Source: an uncultured Candidatus Micrarchaeota archaeon
Lineage (GTDB): Archaea; Micrarchaeota; Micrarchaeia; Burarchaeales; Fermentimicrarchaeaceae
Length of the DNA stretch: 64,000 nucleotides
Assembly (NCBI GenBank): GCA_963760615.1
Contig: CAVXDX010000014.1
Coordinates: forward strand, 71,999 to 135,998
Direction: 5' to 3'
Part shown: in pieces, positions 56,212-64,000 of the stretch
Layout: each line of letters begins with the position of its first letter
How positions within the stretch are numbered: position 1 is the first letter of the stretch
The notes under the pieces: generated by a model
The model's database searches: none
Told to the model about the DNA's origin: nothing
The model's input: the letters and a program-made list of their open reading frames with translations, nothing else
Position numbers and translations under genes: made by a program

Positions 56212-56700
56212 ATGGTTCAAAAAGAAAAGTCAGCAAAGGAGGGGCAGACGCAGGCCGGAATTGTGACAGTAGAACCTTCTATAAGAGAGATTATAGGAAA
56301 ACCTCCTGAAGATAGGTTTAAGACATACCATGTGTATCTACAACCTTCTGGCTCATCAGAAAAAAGAAAGATAGGGTATGTCAATTTTCAGTATTGCGAA
56401 GTTGGAGATATTAGTGCTAAAAATTCGACTGAGTATACGGCATTAATAGAAAACAAATTAAGGAACGAGGATAGGGTTGTATATATAAGTGGGTTCTACC
56501 CTCTTCCGCTGCACGAAGAAGCAGAGTTTAATAAAAACAGAATAGGAACCGCGGTTTTAAGTCAATTGCTTAAAGAGTTCGAATCAAAAGAGGTTATCGG
56601 AGTTTCTTGTTCTGCAAGGGGCGAAGGAATGCAGCGTTTGTTAGGTGAATTTGGCTTTCAGAAGATAGGAGAGAATGTTTATTTCAAACGTTTTGGTTAG
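56212..56700 (+). CDS. GNAT-like hypothetical protein
   Basis: NKNRIGTAVLSQLL acetyl-CoA-loop-like motif and LLGEFGFQKI. Confidence 0.5.
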   Translation: MVQKEKSAKEGQTQAGIVTVEPSIREIIGKPPEDRFKTYHVYLQPSGSSEKRKIGYVNFQYCEVGDISAKNSTEYTALIENKLRNEDRVVYISGFYPLPLHEEAEFNKNRIGTAVLSQLLKEFESKEVIGVSCSARGEGMQRLLGEFGFQKIGENVYFKRFG

Positions 56701-56782
56701 GAAGCGAATCTCTGATGTAACCATGGTTACAAAGCAAGCTTAATATACTTTTTAAGCGAGTATTGGTAGTTGGGGTAATGGA

Positions 56783-57793
56783 ATGGTTGATTTTCGCAAG
56801 GTTGACTTGAAAGCTGTCTCCCGCAAGGTTATGGAGCAGTACGGGTTCGAGGCCGTGTTCCCTGCGAATTTGATGGCTGAGGTGGACGCCCTAGAGGACC
56901 AGGCACAGAAGGCTGAGCCGGACGTCAGGGACTTAAGAGGCTTGCTGTGGTCTTCCATAGACAATTCAGATTCAGAAGATTTAGACCAGATAGAGTACTG
57001 CGAGGGAGCGCAGAGCGGCGAAATCCTCGTCAAAGTGGCCATTGCAGATGTAGACATGTATGTGCCGGAGGGCTCATTCGCTGATGAACACGCGCGCAGG
57101 AATACTACCTCAATTTACACTGGAATAGAAACATATCCAATGCTTCCGGACAGGCTCTCAAAGGGCCTTTCCTCTCTTCTTCCAGAACAGGAACGCTTGG
57201 CTGTGATGGTGGAATTCTCAGTGCTGCCGGGGGGAGAGGTGCTGCCCAGAGGAATTTACAAGGCGCTTGTGAGAAACAAGGCCAAACTGGTATACGAAGA
57301 GGTTGGTGCATGGCTGGAGGGCAGCGGACCGCTGCCTGAAACTGTTGGCAGTGTACCTGGCCTGGATGCGCAGCTCCGGCTTCAGGATGAAGCGTCCCAG
57401 CGGCTTGAGGGATACAGGGTCGAGCAGGGGGCGCTGGAGCTGGAAACTCTGGAAGTGAGGGCAATACTGCAGCAGGGTAAGGTGTCGGACCTGATTGCGA
57501 TCCATGAGAACAGGGCGAGGCAGATCATAGAAAACTTCATGGTGGCAGCCAACGGAGTCATGTCAGGCTTTCTGGAAAAAGCCAGAATCCCGACAATCCA
57601 GAGGGTCGTCCGCATCCCAAAAGACTGGGATGGGATTGCGGAAGTGGCCAAAGCTCGCGGAGCATCGCTGCCGGCTAAGCCTGACGCCAAGGCACTTTCA
57701 GAATTCCTCGCAAGCCAGAAGAAAGCCGACCCGGAGCTGTTCCCTGACCTTTCTTTGACAATAGTGAAGCTTCTGGGTTCGGGAGTATTCTGA
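56783..57793 (+). pseudogene. RNB-domain ribonuclease (RNase II/R-like), 3'-truncated
   Basis: SSIDNSDSEDLDQ, VAIADV, NTTSIYT, LPDRLS..LSSL, IIENFMVAAN; breaks at KLLGSG and lacks the HFTxPIRRY region; truncation coincides with the ~57785 junction. Confidence 0.85.
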
Positions 57794-58580
57794 ATTTTTA
57801 CGTCTCATCTCGATAAGCCGGTCAACTTTTTTCAATTGCGAAATACCAGAGCGGCGACAATATCAGGCATCCTGAAGTTATAACCCAGCGTCACATAGTC
57901 CATGTATTCAGTGGAGGAGAAATAATTGGCTGTTTCCGCCCGGCCGTGCGACCTGATGAGCTTGAGCTTTTCGGCATATGTCCCGGGAATCGGTGACGAT
58001 AAAGCCACCTTCCCCGGTGGTAAAGACCTTGGTCTGGCAAAGGCTGAACATAGCCGCATCTCCAAAAGTCCCTACTTTCTTGCCGTTCCGCTTTGCCCCG
58101 AAGGACTCAGCGGCATCTTCAATAAGAAGCAGATTATGTTCCTCGGCAATCTCCTTTAATTCTGCTATTAAGCAGGGACAGCCGCCGTAGTGTACGGGAA
58201 TAATGGCTTTAGTCCTGGGAGTAATTTTACGCACTGACGCTATCGGGGTCAAGCCCGTAGTCTGTCTCCTCGATATCGGCAAAGACAGGCTTGGCGCCGA
58301 CGAAAAGAGGGGCATTGGCCGTGGCGATAAAGGTAAAGGAGGGGACGATAACCTCATCTCCCTGCCCTATCCCGTAAGCCAGGAGGATGGCATGCAGGGC
58401 AGAAGTCCCTGAATTAAAAGTGACGGCATATTTTCTGCCGATATATTCCGCCAGCATCCTCTCAAATTTCTCGATATTGGGGCCGGCCGCCCAGAACATC
58501 CCCCGCTGGACGGACTCCGTGACCATCTCGATATCCTCATCATCCCAGTATATCTTAAATAGAGGTATTTTCCAGTCCAT
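57786..58580 (-). pseudogene. DegT/DnrJ/EryC1/StrS aminotransferase, frameshifted and 3'-truncated
   Basis: NSGTSALH, FTFIATAN; then TKAIIPVHYGG, EDAAESFG; then SHGR, GYNFRM in three different frames; ends at the junction. Confidence 0.85.
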
Positions 58581-58593
58581 TTACTTAGCCACC

Positions 58594-58992
58594 TTATTTC
58601 TTTTCTTTGACCACTCTGGCCGGAATGCCCAGGGCAGTCGCATTATCCGGGATATCCCGGTTGACAAAACTGAAAGCCCCGACCATGGCATTCTCCCCGA
58701 TAGTGACGCCCGGCATCACCAGGCTGTGGCTGCCTATCCTGGCATTCTTCTTAATGATTACTTTGCCCTGCTTATCATCAATAGTCGACCAGGAATATAT
58801 GGAGCAATGAGAGCCAATTTGAACATTCTCCTCTATCTCGACGCCATATTTGGCATTGATATAGGTAAATGCGCCGATATCCGTATTCTTGCCCAGCTTG
58901 AGGTTCTCGTGGTACTGGCACATCCAGTTCCACTTCGTCATTCCTTTTTCATCGAATTCCGGGTATTTCCAGTCCTCAAACCGCTTGCTCAC
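58594..58992 (-). CDS. Hexapeptide-repeat acetyltransferase
   Basis: IG.NT.IG, V.IGSHC, V.IKKNARIG, V.PGVTIGENA.VGA.S.V..DIP...GIPARV. Confidence 0.9.
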   Translation of the reverse strand: MSKRFEDWKYPEFDEKGMTKWNWMCQYHENLKLGKNTDIGAFTYINAKYGVEIEENVQIGSHCSIYSWSTIDDKQGKVIIKKNARIGSHSLVMPGVTIGENAMVGAFSFVNRDIPDNATALGIPARVVKEKK

Positions 58993-59009
58993 CTACTATC
59001 TCTCCCTGA

Positions 59010-60165
59010 CTAATAGGTAATCTTCTTCTGGAGTAATTGCGGCGTAATCTCCATCTTGCTCAAAATTTCAGCAATTCTCGGGCTTGCCTTGCCATCGCCG
59101 TAGGGACTTTCGCATCTTTTTAACTTCCCCTAAGAATTCTTTATCGGTCAGGGCTTTTTTTATTGCCTTTATTATTTCCGTCTTGTTATGGCCGACATCA
59201 ATAACATTCTTGCCCCGCTCCCTGCCTTCCTGGCGGATGCCGATATTGACCGCCGGCAGGCCGAAAGAAGGTGCTTCGATGATCCCGCTGCTGGAGTTCC
59301 CCACCATGACGCTGGCCACCTTCATCAGGCTGAGGTATTCCCGGCGGGGCAGGCTTTTAAAAGTTTTAATAAAGGGATATTTTTCATATTCCTTGATTAC
59401 CTCTATCATTCTTCGTGCCGCCGGCATCCGAGTTGGGATATATCACAACTGCGGGATAGCCAGTTCCACAATTGCTTCCAGCGTTTCTCTCATTTGCTGC
59501 GGCGCTTCATCCACCTGGGTGGTTACCGGATGCTGGACGAGCAAGAACCAGCGGCTCGGGACAAATCCAGCCCAAATTTTTCCGCCAGAGCTTCGGCGGG
59601 AAGCAGGGGCTCGTTCAGAATAACGTCCAGCGCCGGGGAACCAACCATATGCACCCGCCACTCTTCCTCTCCCATCTTGATAATTCTCTCGGCGCTCTTT
59701 CTGGTAGCCGGGAAGTGGATGTGAGCGAACTTGGTGATGGCATGTCTGTTGGCGTCATCAATATTGCCGCCAGTGCAGGCATCCCCGCCGTGAATATGGG
59801 CCACCGGTATATTCATATAGGCCCCGGCAATAGCTGCCGCCAGCGGTTCCATCCGGTCGCCAAGAACCAGGATTATATCCGGTTTCAGTTGCTCCCAGGT
59901 CTGCGCCATGCCGATGATACCCGTGCCTACCGACTCCGCCATAGCTTCCAGGGTATCGCTGCCCGGCAGCATATCCACCCTGGCGTTTATCTTGAAGCCG
60001 TCCTTCTCTATCTCCTTAACGGTATAGCCGAACTCGTGAGAAAGGTGCATGCCGGTAACCACCAGAGACAGCTCTAAGCTCCGGCTCGGCTTCTATGGCC
60101 TTCAACACCGGATAAAGGATGCCATATTCAGCTCTGGTTCCGGTAACGACAGCGATTTTTCTCAT
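59010..60165 (-). pseudogene. neuC: UDP-N-acetylglucosamine 2-epimerase (hydrolysing), multiply frameshifted
   Basis: MRKIAVVTGTRAEYG, TGMHL, VLGDR.E, HIHGGD, LLVQHPVT, MVGNSSSGIIEAPS, NIGIRQEGR spread over at least four frames. Confidence 0.85.
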
Positions 60166-60178
60166 TATTTACTGCACT

Positions 60179-61218
60179 TTAGTCAAAGGTAATTAACTCT
60201 CCCGACTTTATATTTTCTTTGCCTTTTTCCCCATGATCAGGTTCATGATCTTCGGCGCTCATGCCGGTGCCGGGTCTCTTGATAGCCAGCATATCCTCGG
60301 TGATAATGGTCCCTGCGGGAATATCCACTCTGGCCACAATGCTCCGCCGGGCTACTTTTTTAATTTCTTCTTCTTCCGGTGTCGGCTGCTTTATCCCGTC
60401 GCCCAGTGCCTTTTCCACATCCCTGATGGCTTTTACCATTGCCTTCAATTCTTCCGGCTCCAGCGATGCTTTATGGTCAGGCCCGGGGAGATTTTTATCC
60501 AGAGTAAAATGCTTCTCAATAACGCAGGCTCCCAGCGCCACGGCCGCTATCGGTATAGTAATACCAAGAGAATGGTCGGATAAGCCTACCGGCAGCTTAA
60601 AGGCTTGCCTTAAGGTTTCCATCGCCTTGAGATTCGTATCTTCAATCTTGGCCGGATAGCAGGAAACACAATGCAGCAGGATGATTTCTTTTACCCCTTC
60701 TTCTCGAATAACCTCTAAGGCTTCTCCTACCTCATCCAGGGTGGACATGCCGGTGGAGAGAATTATCGGCTTCTTCTTCGCGGCAATATATTTGAGCAAG
60801 GGGAAGTTGGTTATCTCCCCCGAGCCAATCTTAAAAGCCGGCACGCCCAGTCTATCCAGCAAATCAACACTGCCTTTATCAAAAGGCGAGGAAAGAAATA
60901 TAATTCCTTTCTTCTGAGCATAGGTGAACAGTTCTCTCAAAATCCTTTTCGGAAAGCTCCAGCTTCTTAATCATGTCAAACTGTGATTCTTCTGGCGCCG
61001 GTGGTCTCCTTCTGGTACCTGCCTTTTCGGCGCTCCGGGTAACCACTTCCTCTGCTTTAAAGGTCTGGAACTTCACGGCATCGGCGCCGGCTTCTTTGGC
61101 GACATCAATCAGCTTTTTGGCCAGATTGATATCGCCGTTATGGTTGACCCCGGCCTCAGCGATAATGAAGCAGGGCTCGCCCTTCGCCCACCAATCTATT
61201 ACCTATCTTTACCTTCAT
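60179..61218 (-). pseudogene. neuB: N-acetylneuraminate/nonulosonic acid synthase, frameshifted
   Basis: IIAEAGVNHNGD, AVKFQTF, KIGSGEITN, ILSTGM, LLHCVSCYP, GLSDHS, IEKHFTLD, GPDH; 5' third split over several frames. Confidence 0.88.
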
Positions 61219-61240
61219 CACGCCCTTTGCCTGACCCCTG

Positions 61241-62975
61241 TTATTTCTTGAACTCCGCTTTCGGAGCTGTCCTCTGCTCGACATGGGCATTAATCGCCGC
61301 CATTTCCGGGTTTTCATCCAGCAGCCGGCAGATATCATAGATATCGAAGTCTGGTTTCTTCTTCAAGAGGGTATCAAATATCCTGGTCACCAGGTCAAAG
61401 TCCTCCTGGGTATCAACGGTAACGCGGTAATGCGGACGGCGTATTCTCGGGTCGGTAACCTGGATAACATCGCACTTGAAAATGCCGGCTTCCCTGAAAT
61501 ACGGGCCCCAGATTTCGGTATCCGAGGCAGCTTTCATTTCGCAGGCTTTTTCCACGGCCGTCCTCTTGAGCGCATAACACTCGCAGCCGTTGGGAGCGCC
61601 TTCCATCTCACAGAAATCATAGCCTTCATCAAGGTATCTCTTTATCATCTGCTCTATCAAAACAGGTTCCTTGAACGGGTCATCGGCGGTAGCGCTGATA
61701 ATCAGGTCGACATCGAACTGTCGGGCGCAGTCCCTTATCCGGACCAGGACATCATCCTCGCTCCCCCGGAAATAGGGAATACCGTTTTTCTCGGCGATTT
61801 CAACCAGCGGGTCGTCCTGGGGATTGGTCGAGGTCATCATTACCATCGGGTCGATATTGCAGCGTTTCAATCGCTCAATCATCCATTCAATCATCGGCTT
61901 GCCCAGGATTGGTTTGATAACCTTGAGCGGCAGCCGTTTTGATTTTAGCCGCGCCGTGATAAATATGCCTGCCTTGACGAGTTCACTTCTTTTAAGCGGC
62001 TCGAATTTCTCATAAGCGGATGTGCCTTCTTGCCGAGCAACGACTTTATTCGCTTGCCCTCGACCTCTCCCTTTCTTGGCCCGCATGACCGTCAGGTTAT
62101 TTTCGGAGAATACCTCGCCGGCTTTTATCTTCTTTTTAGCAACGACCTTCATCAGTGACTTATATTGCCGGTATATTAGCTCATCGGCGGAAACTTCGTC
62201 CGGCTTTTTATTGAGTATACCGTCAATAATTCTGATGTTCTTCACGAAATCGGCGAACTCATCAGGGTTCAAAGCAGCTTCGTAGTCCTCTCCCTTCAGG
62301 CTTCTATCATGGGTGATATGTTTCTCAATAACCGAAGCGCCCCCGGCAATAAACAGGACCGGCAGATACATGGAGGCAGGAGACGTCGGCTCCGAATGGT
62401 CCTGATAGCCGAAAGGGAGGCTGAAATCTTTAGACAGTTCCTTGATAAAATTCAGGTTGATTCCCTCAGGATTGGTCGGGAAGTTCTGCAGTCCATACAT
62501 CAGGTGCAGCTTCGCCTTTTTATTAACCGAGTATATCAGCTTCAAGACTTTTTCTATTTCGCTTTTCTCCATACCTCCGACCGAGAGAGCTATTTCTTTT
62601 TTTGCTTTCACCACTTCTCTTACCAGGTCTTCGTTTTCCAGATTCGACGAATGAAATTTATAGCCTTTAATCTTTTTACCCTTACAGAACCTGGCGCTTT
62701 CCAGGTCGTAAACATTAGCCCAGACATCCAGCCCCAGAGAATTCGCCTTCTCGATAAGGGTTGCCCATTCTTTCTGACTCAAGTAGCACCTTTTTATTTC
62801 CGCGTAGTCCACGTCCGATGGAACAATATAGGTATCAAGGTCGATCATCTGGAATAGTATGCCGTCGGCTTTCGCTTTAGCGGCAGCCCTCAATGATAAT
62901 CTCGACCGATTTCGGGTCTCCCTCATGCGAAGCGGCCATCTCCGCCAGAATGTAGGTTGATACTCGCTTGCGCAT
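61241..62975 (-). CDS. NeuB-like synthase fused to SpsF/NeuA-type cytidylyltransferase (one frameshift near the 5' end)
   Basis: YILAEMAASHEG in a different frame from 62975; GYQDHS, IEKHIT.DR; then ITARLKSKRLP.KV, RGSEDDVL, VTVDTQEDF. Confidence 0.8.
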
Positions 62976-63059
62976 ATTTTTCTCTGAATCTTACGCCAAT
63001 CCCTCAATATTTATACTAATATAAATTTAATTTTACCGGTTGCCGTCATAATTACTTCA

Positions 63060-63835
63060 TTATAAAAAGGAACATCGGGTTACTAGGCTGTAATTCCTGA
63101 CGAAATATTTTGTATCCGCTGCTTAAAAGTACGGATAATTGTACTGTATGTCTTTTCCCCTCGGCTTTGAAATTACCTGACGGCTTAGGCGATTAATCGG
63201 TTCGCTAATAGCTATTACCACAGGGCTTATCTTATCATAATTAGCTCTAGCGTCTCTTGAAGTTCCTGTTGAGAAAAATATTGAAATACTGCGACTATAA
63301 TAAAAATGGTTCCCCCTTCGCATTGATTATTTACCCAGTCTGTGATTTCAGCATGAATAAATTCCAATCTGGAGTTTTTATAGGCTTCCTTATCGGACAA
63401 TATTTGTCTCTATTGAGGTCAATCCCAATAAACCTTTTAATATCCGGCAACTCATGGGATAGACAGTCTAAAAACATTCCATTTCCAGTACCTATCTCGC
63501 AGATAGTATGATAATTCGGGTTACCGGAGAGCAACTCGGAAATTTGACGAATAAAGTGGACGCCGAAATTTAAGGAACGATTCACTTTCGGTAAATTTAT
63601 CCCCGTTACCTTGAAATGCTTGTTTCGTAGTTTCGTGCCATTTCTTTCCTGCTTTCTCACCCCACAATTTCTCTCGGGTGAATCTTTTCCTTTCATCTTC
63701 AGTCATTAAATAGTATTGCCAGTCCAGCGCTGGACCGATTACCGCGCCAAGTAACCCCTCTCCTCTCCGTAAAAAACTCATCGTAAAGTTGCGATTTATA
63801 CGACCAAGGCAGTAACTACAATAGAAGACGACCAA
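63060..63835 (-). pseudogene. Fragmented class I SAM-dependent methyltransferase
   Basis: ICEIGTGNG...FIGIDLN motif I/II in 63331-63696; flanking pieces in other frames; boundaries approximate. Confidence 0.55.
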
Positions 63836-64000
63836 TAAAAATACCCGGGGCTTTCTAACACAAAACGTAGAGAACGGTCTAGAAAATCACGCGGGGTCCC
63901 ACTAAAAAACAAAACGACATATCTTACGTAGAAGTCGCCAATCCAAGTTACTCCTCCTCGAATATTATATATGATATTGTGTACGCCTCACGCCCAGTCA

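Noticed and set aside
61283-61942. 219-aa plus-strand ORF (and similar antisense ORFs such as 22323-23159 and 59472-60077)
   Set aside because: Fully overlap well-supported genes on the opposite strand; no recognisable motifs.
57786-63835. Programmed frameshifting or an alternative genetic code in the neu cluster
   Set aside because: Breaks are numerous frame changes at unrelated sequences in enzymes not known to be recoded, not in-frame stops.

Overview
Bases 1 to ~57,785 are intact archaeal sequence (TFB, class V FBP aldolase/phosphatase, NMN adenylyltransferase, cupin-type GPI, BHB-intron tRNA, archaeal type IV pilus-like locus). A DPANN/Micrarchaeota-like origin is inferred, not proven. 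The left end (1-8.9 kb) is an accessory island: the 3' end of a restriction endonuclease, small regulators, an OB-fold protein and a tyrosine integrase, followed by the most striking structure in the window. Five co-oriented copies of an 11-bp core (CGGTCGGAGCA) with interchangeable left and right arms start just upstream of the integrase and separate four 1.05-1.8 kb gene-bearing segments, an integron-like layout with no recognisable IntI or attC signature. Other notable features: a tRNA-Ile(GAT) with a 32-nt intron at position 13/14, preceded by a LAGLIDADG gene and a second tRNA 5' end; a TnpB-only IS200/IS605 element inserted at a pilin stop codon without changing the protein; a dockerin-like module shared by a secreted papain-family protease and a large pilus-locus protein; and a channel gene with a non-canonical filter. 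At ~57,785 an RNB-domain gene and a DegT aminotransferase gene collide head-to-head, both truncated. The last 6.2 kb is a nonulosonic-acid biosynthesis cluster with many frameshifts, most likely a chimeric or low-quality assembly end. No database searches were run; all family calls rest on motifs recognised by eye.
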